A stretch of 64,000 bases of DNA from an uncultured Kiritimatiellota bacterium (GTDB lineage Bacteria > Verrucomicrobiota > Kiritimatiellia > RFP12 > DVOR01): NCBI GenBank assembly GCA_944389545.1, contig CALXMT010000004.1, positions 8,201 through 72,200 of the forward strand, in the 5' to 3' direction. Below are positions 28,437-39,900 of this stretch, in pieces. The first letter of the stretch is position 1; every line of letters begins with the position of its first letter. The notes beneath the pieces were generated by a model, which saw only the letters and a program-made list of their open reading frames with translations, searched no databases and had not been told where the DNA came from. The position numbers were made by a program, and so were the translations under genes.

Positions 28437-31400
28437 TGAAGACGCCGGATTTGCAGAGCTATGCGGTGGTGGAACCGCATATTTACGCCTATCAGACGCC
28501 CGGCGTGCTGAAGCACGAGGGGTGGACGAAGATTGGCGAGGCGCGCACCCAGACGGTTGAGACGCGTATCAAACAGCAGACGTCGACGCCGGGGCTGGAT
28601 TGGAATCTGTCTTGGGCGCGGCCGGCATGGTTCGACAATGGGCAGACGATGCGCGACAAGGCGTTTCACCGCTATTTGGTGACGCAGGGCATCCCGCAGG
28701 AGCGGGACGCGACAACGAAGAAGAAGCGTGAGTGGTTCCAAGTGGAGCCGGATGTGGCGCTGAGGCACTTTGAGACCTTCGCGCACGACGGCGAGGGGCC
28801 AAACCCGGAGCAACAGGAGTATTGGTTGCGCAGGGAACAGGCACTTGCGGTCGCGCAGACGAAGGCCCATTTCGAGGCGGGCGGGGAGAAGTTCCTATGG
28901 AATGCGAAGCCGCGTTTCGGGAAGACGTTGGCGGCGTATGACCTGGTGCGGCAGATGGGCTTGCGCAAGGTGTTGATTCTGACGAACCGTCCGGCGGTGG
29001 CGGATGGCTGGGTGAGGGATTTCGCGCGGTTCATCGGATGGCAGACGGGCCTGCTCTTCGTTTCGGAGAACAAGGCGCTGAAGAGTCAGTTCCCCAAGCA
29101 GGTGCTCTTGTGGCAAGACTATCAGAATCGGCTGATGACGATGGAGGAGGAGCCGTATGGGTTCATTGCCTTTGAGTCGTTGCAGGGGCTGAAGGGGTCG
29201 CGTTACTTCGATGGAGACCACGACAAGCTGAAGTGGATGGCGGAGCTGGAGTGGGACCTGCTGATCATCGACGAGGCCCATGAGGGGGTGGAGACGGAGC
29301 GGACGGACATCGCCATCGACCAACTCCGGCACAAGCATCGTCTGCACCTCTCTGGAACGCCCTTCAAGCAGCTGGCGCGCGGGGACTTCCTGCCAGAGGA
29401 GACCTTCACGTGGAGCTACGTGGATGAGCAGGAGACGAAGGCGGCCTGGACCGGGGAAGAGAACAATCCCTATGAGCATCTGCCAAGCCTGAAGATGTTC
29501 ACCTATCGGCTGTCGGAAATGACGGAAGCGGAGGTGCGCAGAGGGTATAACGAGGATATTCCCTATGCCTTTGACCTGATGGAGTTCTTCAAGACGAGGG
29601 CGAATGGGACGTTCGTCTATGAAGAGAAGGTGCGAAACTTCCTGCGGGCGTTGACGACGCAGGAGAAGTATCCCTTCTCGACGCCGGAGCTGCGCGAGGA
29701 ACTGCGCCACACCATCTGGGTGCTGAACCGCGTGGCGAGTGTGAAGGCGCTGGAAAAGCTCTTGAAGGAGGAGGGAAGCCCCTTCGCGGATTATGAAGTC
29801 GTCATCGCCGCGGGCGACGGAAGGTCGGGGGATGAGGCGGACGAGGACGATCGGCCCATTTCGCTGAACGCGTTGGGGCGCGTGCGCAATGCCATCGCGA
29901 GCGGGAAACCGACCATCACGCTCTCGGTGGGGCAATTGACGGTGGGCGTGACAGTGCCGGAGTGGACGGGCATCCTGATGCTGAATGAGTGCAAGAGCCC
30001 GGCGGCCTACTTTCAGGCGACCTTCCGCGTGCAGAACCCGCGTGAGTTTGAGCGCGACCACCGGCTCTACATCAAGCGCGAGGCCTACGTCTTTGACTTC
30101 AATCCCACGCGAACGCTGATTCTCTTCGAGCAATTGGCGAACGAGACGGTGCCGGTGCTGGAGACGGAGGGGGAGTCGCCCGTTGAGCGCCGCGAGAAGA
30201 AGATTCGCAAGTTGCTGAACTTCTATCCCGTGATTGGCGAGGACGAGGGCGGGCAGATGGTGCCGTTGGACGTGGCCAAAGTGCTCTCCATCCCGCGCAA
30301 GCTGAAGTGCCAGGAGGTGGTGCGCCATGGCTTCATGTCCAACCTGCTCCTCTGCAACATCAATCGTATCTTCTCGAACTTGAAGATTTATGAGGGCATC
30401 ATCAATGCCATGACCGGCGCCAAGGACTTCGCCGGCAAGAAGAAGCCGATGGAGGACTTGGAGCTGACGGAGCATACGTTGGATGACGAAGGGAACGTGG
30501 TGGTGCCCGAGGAGAAGGTGTTGGGCACGGCCAAGGACCTCTTCGGCGAAAAGATCTATGGCGTGGAGATTGCCCTGCCGGAGACCCGCGTCGGCGAGGA
30601 GGATATGACCACGGCGAAGTTCATGGAGGCCATGATTGCGCAGGTGAAGACGGAGATCGTGGACAAAGCCACGCAAGACCTGAAGCCCGCGGCTCGCAAT
30701 GCCATCGAGCGCACGGTGAAGCGGGAGATGGAGGGCATCGAGACCGCCATCGCGCATGAATGCAAACTTGCGGTGGCCGAGGCGACGTTGAAACACGCAA
30801 CGGCCTTGGAGGCGACGTCGGACGAGGCGGAGCGCGAGGACTTGGAGCGCCGCCATCAGGAAGAGGTGGCGGCCATCAAGGCGGATTATGGCGAAAAGAT
30901 GGTGACGGCAACGCAACAGTATGTGCAGACCTTGCCGGTGGAGGTGACGCGACAAGCGCTCACCGCCCAAGAAGAAGCCGTGAAGAAGGCGGATGAGGAT
31001 GCCATGCATGAGCGTCTGCGCGGGTTCGCCCGAGCCATCCCCAGCTTCATCATGGCGTATGGCGACAAGCACCTGCGACTCGCGAACTTTGACCAATACG
31101 TGGAGGAAGACGTCTTTCAGGATGTGACGGGCATCACGCTGGAGGCCTTCCGCTTCCTGCGCGACGGCGGCGATTACGCCGGTTGCCACGCGGAGGGCGG
31201 CATCTTCAACGAGCAGATTTTCGATGAGTCCATCCAAGAGTTTCTCCGGAAGAAAGAGGCCTTGGCGGATTACTTCGACAAGGCCCACGATGAGGATATC
31301 TTCGACTACATCCCGCCGCAGAGGACCAATCAAATCTTCACGCCGCGCGAGGTCGTTGTGCGGATGGTGGACACGTTGGAGCGGGAGAACCCTGGGTGCT

Positions 31401-31720
31401 TCGACAACCCCGACCACACCTTCGCCGACCTCTACGTGAAGTCGGGGCTCTACCTCGCGGAAATCGCCAAGCGCCTCTTCCGTAGCGCGGCGATGAAGGC
31501 GCGTTTCCCGGAGGATAGTGCACGGCTGGAGCACATCTTTACGCGTCAACTCTACGCCATGGCCCCCACGAAGATTATCCATCGCATTGCGGTGGCCTAC
31601 TTGTTGGACTTCAATCCCGCCCTGCGCGAGAAGGCGAAGGCCCACATCGTCTGCGCCGATGCCGCTGCCGCCGCCCAGTCCGGCACGTTGGATAAACTGG
31701 TGGAAGAATCCTTCGGCTGA
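28433..31720 (+). CDS. Large SF2 (DEAH) helicase with an N-terminal GIY-YIG/T5orf172-like domain and a C-terminal degenerate methyltransferase-like segment; putative restriction/defence partner
   Basis: 1095 aa. The N-terminus 'HIYAYQTPG...GWTKIGEA...ETRIKQQ...REWFQV' is T5orf172-like. Helicase motifs are 'NAKPRFGKTLAAY', 'LLIIDEAHEG' and 'LHLSGTPF'. The C-terminus 'NQIFTPREVVVRMVDTL...FADLYVKSGLYLAEI' looks like methyltransferase motifs X and I but lacks the glycine-rich loop. The start overlaps the methyltransferase stop. Confidence 0.75.
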   Translation: MMKTPDLQSYAVVEPHIYAYQTPGVLKHEGWTKIGEARTQTVETRIKQQTSTPGLDWNLSWARPAWFDNGQTMRDKAFHRYLVTQGIPQERDATTKKKREWFQVEPDVALRHFETFAHDGEGPNPEQQEYWLRREQALAVAQTKAHFEAGGEKFLWNAKPRFGKTLAAYDLVRQMGLRKVLILTNRPAVADGWVRDFARFIGWQTGLLFVSENKALKSQFPKQVLLWQDYQNRLMTMEEEPYGFIAFESLQGLKGSRYFDGDHDKLKWMAELEWDLLIIDEAHEGVETERTDIAIDQLRHKHRLHLSGTPFKQLARGDFLPEETFTWSYVDEQETKAAWTGEENNPYEHLPSLKMFTYRLSEMTEAEVRRGYNEDIPYAFDLMEFFKTRANGTFVYEEKVRNFLRALTTQEKYPFSTPELREELRHTIWVLNRVASVKALEKLLKEEGSPFADYEVVIAAGDGRSGDEADEDDRPISLNALGRVRNAIASGKPTITLSVGQLTVGVTVPEWTGILMLNECKSPAAYFQATFRVQNPREFERDHRLYIKREAYVFDFNPTRTLILFEQLANETVPVLETEGESPVERREKKIRKLLNFYPVIGEDEGGQMVPLDVAKVLSIPRKLKCQEVVRHGFMSNLLLCNINRIFSNLKIYEGIINAMTGAKDFAGKKKPMEDLELTEHTLDDEGNVVVPEEKVLGTAKDLFGEKIYGVEIALPETRVGEEDMTTAKFMEAMIAQVKTEIVDKATQDLKPAARNAIERTVKREMEGIETAIAHECKLAVAEATLKHATALEATSDEAEREDLERRHQEEVAAIKADYGEKMVTATQQYVQTLPVEVTRQALTAQEEAVKKADEDAMHERLRGFARAIPSFIMAYGDKHLRLANFDQYVEEDVFQDVTGITLEAFRFLRDGGDYAGCHAEGGIFNEQIFDESIQEFLRKKEALADYFDKAHDEDIFDYIPPQRTNQIFTPREVVVRMVDTLERENPGCFDNPDHTFADLYVKSGLYLAEIAKRLFRSAAMKARFPEDSARLEHIFTRQLYAMAPTKIIHRIAVAYLLDFNPALREKAKAHIVCADAAAAAQSGTLDKLVEESFG

Positions 31721-31752
31721 TATTCTGCGACAGTGCCGCCCGGGGAAGTTTT

Positions 31753-31859
31753 ACCGCGAAGACGGTCTTGCGTGGAAACCCGGCGGGCTCCATCGCTCCC
31801 ATCGGTCGCGCCGCCCTTGGGATTTCCACGCTATCGCGCCCCTGAAGGGGCGCTCAAAG
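31753..31859 (+). repeat. Right copy of the 107-bp direct repeat
   Basis: Matches 25872-25978. Confidence 0.9.
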
Positions 31860-32706
31860 GGGAAGAGGAAGTTTGACTGATTGACTGATTTGCTGATTGG
31901 CGTCTTGGTGGGGCGTTGCCTCACTCCCCGCTTTTTCCCGAACAAACGGCAAGGCGCGAAACGGAGGGCGGCGGGCGCGGTCAGCGGCGAAACCGCAGAG
32001 CGGCCGATGGAGCTCGAAGCGGTTCGCGCCCACAGTTGCGTCTTTGCGGTCTCCATTTTCCCCGGACAGGATTGGGGCAAAGAGCCCCCCGCCGGTGCCC
32101 CTTAAAGGGGCTTTCGCGGACCCTTAAGGGTTTCGCCTCGGACCACTATAGGGTCTCGACCCCGACCACTATAGTGGTTGACCTCGGACCCTTATAGGGT
32201 CTCACCTCGGACCCTTAAGGGTTTCTCCAAGAGCCCTCCAGACCCCTGGGGAAAGGGGGCTGGAGGGCCTCTACATCTGCTATATAATAAGGTAAGGGCG
32301 AAAGGGGCGCTGATGCGCCCCGGAGAACGGTGCCAGTTTCCACGAAGACACAGGCGCTCCGATGGAGCGCCCGGCTGATTGGCTGATTGGCTGATTGGAA
32401 AATGAGGCGCACCGTTCGGCCCTGCGGGCCTCACTCCCGTGCCCATCCCTTGCGTTTCTGTGAGTCTCTTGAAAGACACCTCTCCGGCGCTCAACTCTTC
32501 AAAGCATGGCGTGCGAAGCCCGCCATGCCCCTACAGGCCCCCGGGCCGGACGTGCGCCTTTGCGCGCACGCACGGCCCGCCCTCCGTCGCCTTCCCTTTG
32601 TGTCCTTCGTGTCCTTTGTGATTTCTAAAACAATCTGGCAGTCCTGCGTGCGCTAGCACGCCGCCCGTCTCTGTGACCCTCTGTATCCTCTGTGCCACTC
32701 TGTGTT
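31860..32706. repeat. Mosaic intergenic repeat array
   Basis: Contains CTGATTKG units, the palindrome array (CCCTTAAGGG, CCACTATAGTGG, CCCTTATAGGG), the TATATAAT module (32247-32300), a GGCGCTCC hairpin plus (CTGATTGG)x3, an 85-nt element (32500-32584) and CTTYGTG tandems. Confidence 0.9.
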
Positions 32707-32946
32707 CTAGTCCGTAACGCCGCTGGCGTCGGAGAGGCCCGCGGTGGGAGCGAGGGAGAGCTCCTCGCGGGTGCGCATAAGGGCCGAGAGCCGCCCCATC
32801 TGGATGCCCATCCGCTCGCGGATGATGCGGTATTCCTCGGTTTCTGTCTGCTCTTCATCCTCCAGCTCGCCGCGGCGTTCTCGCAGGTAACGGAGGCTCA
32901 TCTCGCCGGGGCCGTTTCGGATTTGGTCGATGCGTTGGCTGACCAT
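32707..32946 (-). CDS. Small acidic coiled-coil protein (79 aa); may be longer if an upstream frame is joined
   Basis: 'MVSQRIDQIRNGPGEMSLRYLRERRGELEDEEQTETEEYRIIRERMGIQMGRLSALMRTREEL' has a protein-like composition. A possible alternative start, 'MADGDTVAEKIADI', lies upstream in another frame. Confidence 0.35.
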   Translation of the reverse strand: MVSQRIDQIRNGPGEMSLRYLRERRGELEDEEQTETEEYRIIRERMGIQMGRLSALMRTREELSLAPTAGLSDASGVTD

Positions 32947-33016
32947 CGCCAGTTGCTCGTCGCGATGTCCGCAATCTTCTCCGCAACCGTGTCTCCGTCC
33001 GCCATGTCCGTCCTCC

Positions 33017-33988
<972 letters not shown>

Positions 33989-33992
<4 letters not shown>

Positions 33993-36900
33993 CGGGCGAG
34001 GAGGCGGAAGAAGGCGTTCGGGAGGGGCGGGTCGGCGAAGCGCAGGGGGATGTCGGCCTCCGTGTCGGAACGGCGCGTCGGCGTGCCGACGGCGTCGGGG
34101 GCGGTTTCCGCCCAGGAGGCCTCGTCGAGCGACGCGCCGCCGCGCAGGGCGAAGGCCGCCTCGGGCGCGTAGGGGTCGGCGAGGATGCCGGCCTCGGCCA
34201 CGACGCGGGCGGTGACCCGGAGCGCGCCGTCTGCCGGCAGGATTGCCGCCACGCGCAGGGCCACGCGCACCTCCGCCATCGCGCCGCCGCCCGCCAGGGG
34301 CGTGAGGGCGGGGAAGACGCCGAGGGCGCGCGCCTGTTCCAGCGTCCCGAGCGTCGTGCCCGGGGCGAGGGAGAGCGGTCCGTCGGCCACGAGGGCGCGG
34401 GCGGCGGCCTCGGTGACCCACGCGGCGAGCGCCTCGGAGGGTTGCCCCGCCTCCTCCGGCCAGCCGAGCGCGGGGACGTGCCGGCGGATGGTGACGGCGC
34501 AGGTCTTGTCCGCGGCGTCGAGGGCGAGGCCGTCGGCGTTTTCGAGGCCGAGCAGGATGGTCTTGTCGCCGAGGGCGAGCGCGGCGGGGTCGAAGGTCAG
34601 ATAGAGGGTCTTGGGCGCGGTGTCGCCCTTGGCCCATTTCAGACGGATGGACTCGGGGAAGAAATAATCCGTGCCCAACGCCATCGAGCCGCCGACGACA
34701 CGCAGGTCCACGGCGGTGGCCGCCTCGGCCGAGCCGCCCTGGACGGTGACGACGACCATGCCGTCGGGCCCCCGCGCCTCGATGGCGGGGGAGGCGAAAC
34801 GGGCGGCGTCGATGACGTGCGCGACGGTGTTCCACCACGCGGGGTCGGTCTCGATGGGCGCGTTGAGGTCGAAGACGATGGTGGCGGTGGCGTCGATGCG
34901 CACGCCGTCGGGCGCGTCGTCGCGGACCTTGACGCGGTAGGTCACGTGGCCCTCGCCCTCGTGGGCGGCGTTGTTGGGCGGGAGGATGCCCGCATAGGCG
35001 TCGGCCGGCCACTTGTCGGGGGTGGAGTCGTCGACGATGCGCAGATACCACTCCGCCAGGCCGGTGGCGAGGTCGAAGGCCGCCTCCGTGCGCACGTGGT
35101 AGGGCGTGCCGGCGAGGGGCGAGGTGGCCGTCCCGGCGGCCTTGCCGGCCAGCGCGGGCTCGGTCTGGTTGCGATAGGCCACATCCACCAACTCGAAGGA
35201 GTCCCAATCGAGGTTCGGGTCGAGCCGATGCGTCACGCGCACCTCCTGCGCCGCGCCGGTGGCCTCGGGCATGTTCTCGAAATAGACGGTGTAGGTGAGC
35301 CACTGCCCCGGCCTCACCTTCCGCTCCGGCCCCACCCCCGCGGGCCCGCCCATCTCGTTCGGGTCGCAGGATTGGGGTACGGCCACGCCCTCGGAATCCA
35401 TCGGCTGGGTGACGCCATCCTCCACGAAGACGACGATCTTGCGCTCGGCGGCCTTCCAGAGGTTGGCCAGGATGAAGGGTTCGCCCGACTCGGTGCCGAC
35501 GAAGTGGCGCAGGCCGACGACGCCGACGTGCCAATCGCGCGGCTTCTCGCTCGCCTCCCCGGCCTCGGTGCTGATGATGCTCGGGAGCGCGAGGCGATAG
35601 CGCGGGGCGGCCTCGGCGGGGGCCTCGGTCGCGAAGCGCGTGCCGTCGAGGGACCATTCGCGCGTCGTGATGACCCGCCCCGGGGCGACGCTCGCGCCGG
35701 GGTAGACCTCGACCTCGCCGGGCTCGCCGCCGGCGGGGATGTTGTAGTGGATGCTCGGCACGGGGGTGGTGCCGCCGGCCTTCAGCCACGGCCAACGCGC
35801 GTCGGGCTGCAGGTCGAAGGAGGCCGCGGTGCCCTCGAACCCGAAGAGTTCGGCATGGAGCAGGTTTACGGTCGCGCCCATCTTGACCCCCGCTTCGAGC
35901 GACCACGTGTCCGGCTGGGTCTCGTCGTGGACATCGCACGTGAAGTTGGCGTAAAAGCCCGGGGCGATCTCGATATCCGCCAAGGTCACGGTCCAATTTT
36001 TCGTGGCCGCGCCTACGCCGATCATCGCGGAAGCGCCGGCCGAGAAATCGAGTGCGATGTGTCCGCCGGAGCCCAAACCCTCGCTGACGAGCGGCGTTTC
36101 CCCGCGCGAGGCGTCCAACACCGTCATCCCGCGGGTATCCACCAGGAAGCGCCGCCGATCCCACTCCGTCTTCCGAAGCGCGAAGTCGCTCCCAATCGCG
36201 ATGTGGCCATTGGCGCCCATGTCGAAGGTGAAGCAAATCGGGACGGGCCCGGCCATGAAGGTACGCGTGAAGACGCGCTTGGAGAGATTGAGGCCAAATT
36301 TCGCCTCCACGCCCGTGAACGCGGAGGTGCCGGTGCGGCGCAACTCGGCATCCAGGATGAACGTGCCCGTGGGCGACTTGTAGAGCGTCAGGCGGCCCTG
36401 CAGGCGCAACGTGTAGGAATAGCCCACCTCGATGCCGCCGCCCATGCTGGCATCGCCATCGAAGACGATGTCCACGTTTTTGCTCGCGTTGAGCCCGGCG
36501 GAAACCGTGAAGGATTCGTCCAGCTCGCAGGAGCCCACGTAGAGCGGGCTCTTCGTGATGTCCACGCCGGGCGCCTCGGGCTTGAAGACCGCATCGAGCG
36601 TGGCCGGCTCGACGGCGCAGACGGTGCCGTCGCCTTCCTGGCGGACCTCCGTCACGCGGACGGCCGGGTTTTCCTGCCCCCAGAGCAACAGATGGTCGCC
36701 GGGCGCGAGGGTCTCGTGTTCGGTGGGGTCATCGGTGCGGCGGAGCGTCACCTCGCCCTCGGCCTGCCCGGCGATTTCCCAGCCCGAGCCGTCGTAAACG
36801 GAGACGGTGCCTTCCGTGACGGTGGCGGGCGGGCAGACAACGATCGGCTCGGGTGCCTGCCACGTCTTCTCCGTGCCGCCCTGCTCGTAGGTGACGATGG

Positions 36901-39900
36901 GGCGATAGTCGCCCGCCTGGTCATAGCCATGCTCCACGCTCGGGCCGGTGGCGTCGACCTGCCCATCGCCGTCGAAGTCCCACCGCACGTTCGTCGCGTT
37001 GGGCGCGGTGACGGTGTAGGTGGTGCGGCCGCCCACGGGCTGGTAGGCCGGCGGGCAGGCGATTGGGCTGGTGCGGGTGAGCGTGAGGGTCAGGCGCGTC
37101 TCCTGCCCGGCGCGGATGGTGACCGCGGGGTTCGCGGTGGCGAAGCCGTAGGGGAAGGCGAGCGTGTAGGCGCCGGGCGGCAGGGTGCCCGCGGCAAAGG
37201 CGCCATCGGCCCCCACGGCGGCGGTGGCGACCGTCTGCGTGCCCGCGCGGAAGGTGAGCGTGAAGCCCTCGGGCAACGCCCCGCCATCCTCCAGCGCGAC
37301 GGTGCCGGAGCAGATCCCCGTGCCCTCGGCCACGACGCGCAGCGTGCGCGAGGCGCCGAGCGGCAAGGGCTCGATCGCGACCGTCGCCTCAGCATGGAAG
37401 CCCGTGCCGTCGCGGACGGTCAGCTCGCCGCCGGCGGAGAAATCGCCGAGGAGCGTCCACGCGCCATTGCCGTCGGCCTCCGCGTCGAGGAAGGTCTCCC
37501 CGACGATGGCGCGGAGCGAGGCACCCGCGACGGGCGCGCCGGCGGCGTCGACCACGGTGCCGGAGAGGCGGCCGAGCGGCTCGCAGACGATGGTGAGGCC
37601 GGCCACGCACCCACGCGCCGGAAGGGGCGCGGGCCGCGCGGCGCGGAGCCAATCGGCGGCGAGGGCATAATCGCCCGGAGCGAGGCCCGCGACGCGGAAG
37701 GCACCCGCGGCGTCCGTCGTGAGCGAGGCGACGGCCACGCCATCGGCGGAGACGAGGTCGGCCATCACGTTCGCGGCGGGTTGGCCGTCGGGGAAGACGA
37801 GTTCGCCGGCGAGGACGGCGTTGGGCTCGCCCAGGCGCGCGTCGGCGGCCCAATCGAGATAGACCGTGGCGTCGAAGTCGTCCGCCGGGAGGGTCGGGGC
37901 AAGGGCGGCGACGGCCTCGGAGAGCGCGCGGGAGAGTTCCGGATAGGAGGGCCAGAGCGAGGCGCGCGCGCCCAGGTCGTCCGTCGCGACGGTGGCGAAG
38001 GAGACGGAGAGCGCGGTGCCGTCGGTGGCGACGCGGAAGGGGAGGCGGCCCTGCTCGCCGGGGCGCAGGAGCCCGCGGTTGGCGCCGGTGCCAAGGCCCA
38101 CGGCGAAGATCTCGGAGGCCCACGGTTTGTCCTCGCCCACGTGCGCCAGGCGGCCGCCCGAGCCTTTCAGGGAGATCTTGAAGAGCGGGACGGGGATGGG
38201 CGCGTCGGCGGTGTTCTCGTAGAGGATCGCGCCCTCGTAGACGCGGCCCGGGCGCACGGCGTCGGGGATCTGCAACTCGGCCTTGAGGCCGGAGAGGCTG
38301 ACCAGCGAGGAGGCCAGGAGCGCCTCGTCCAGCGTGGCCGTGCGGCGGCCGTCGGTGACCGTGAGGGCGTAGACCGCGCCCTCGGGCGCGTCGCCCAGCG
38401 CGAAACGCAGACGCAGTTCCGCGGAGGAGACCCGCTCGACGCTTTGCGCGGGGATGGGGTCGCCACCGGCGCGGCGGAGCGTGGCGGCGAGCCCCTCCAC
38501 GAAGCCCGCGCCGCGCACGGTGAGGGTCACATCCTGCGGGCCGGCGGGGACCAGCCCGGGCGAGACGCCCGCCAAGCTCAGGCGCTCCTCCAGTGTCAGG
38601 CGCACGTTGGCCAACTCCGCGTCGCCGCCATTGGCCACGTAGAGCCAGCCGCCCACGGCGCCCACGGCGAAGGAAGCCTCGCGGGTCGCCGCCGTGGCGG
38701 CGGGCTCGCCCAGGAAGGGCGTCGCCGCGAAGACCGCCGAGACGGGCACGTTCGCCGAGACGCCCACGGCGAAGCCGTCGCCCGTCTGCGGCGGCACGCG
38801 GCAGGCCAGCCACTCGCCCGCCAACAGGAAGGTGTCGGTCACGCCCGCGGGCAACGTCTCGGCGGAGACGGCCAGCGTGTCCGCCGAGGTGGCGGCGTTG
38901 TTGGCGGTGAGGGCCCCTTCGAAGACATCGCGCCAGGCGTTGGCCACGACCTTGAGGCGCCAGGTGCCCTCGGGCATCGGCGGCAGGGTGAGCGTGCGCT
39001 CGGTGCGCTTGGTGCCGCCGGGCGCGATGAACCCGGAGACCTGCACGACGCCGAGGGCGACCTCGCGCCCCGCGTCGTCCACCAGCGAAAGCGTGTCGCG
39101 CCAGGTGCCCTCCACCGCCTCGGCGCCGAGGTTCCGGACCTCCCAGGCGAAGGTCGCCTGGCCGCCGACGACACCCTCGGCGGGGACCTCGACCGCCGAG
39201 ACGGCGAGGTCGACATCGGCCGTCGCGGTTCCCGGCATGAACTCATGGCTGCCCGCGTCCGGGACGGCGCCGTTGGCCGCGATCGTCCCGGTGTTCGGCG
39301 TGGCGGGGTCGTCCAGGCGCGGTTGTCCATAGAAGTCAGTCTCCGGGGCGAGCGCGCCATCGGCCATGTCGATGGCGGCGGAACCGGCGTTCAGGCGGAA
39401 GTCACCGTTCGCCGGGTCGGCGAAGCGCGGGTCGCCCCAGACGTTGCCATTCTTGCCGACCTGCGCCATCGCGTCGTCGCCACCCACCACGCTCTCGCCG
39501 TCGCTGTTCCAGAAGAGACAGTGGCGGAAGGAGGCCACCCACCCGAAGGCCTCCCAGCGGTCCGTGACGTCCATGAAGACGCAGTTGCGGAAGTTTTGCA
39601 CGCCGCCCCCGCCCTGCGTGATCTTGCCCACGTCGTGGAAGACGCAATTGACGATGTCGCCCTGTGCTTGGTGGCGGATGGCGGCACTGGCCCCGGAGAT
39701 GACGCAGTTCTCCATCCGCACCTGCGCACCGTTGGTCACGCCGATGGCGTCGTTGGCTGTGTCGCGAATGACGCAATCCCGGAGCGCGAGCGTTTTCGTG
39801 GGGGCGACCTGGACCATTTGGAGCGCGCCGCCCTGTTGCCGCCCCGCGTAACGAATCTCCACGTGCTCGAAGGCCCCGCCCGCGCGGTAGAAGCGGATAC

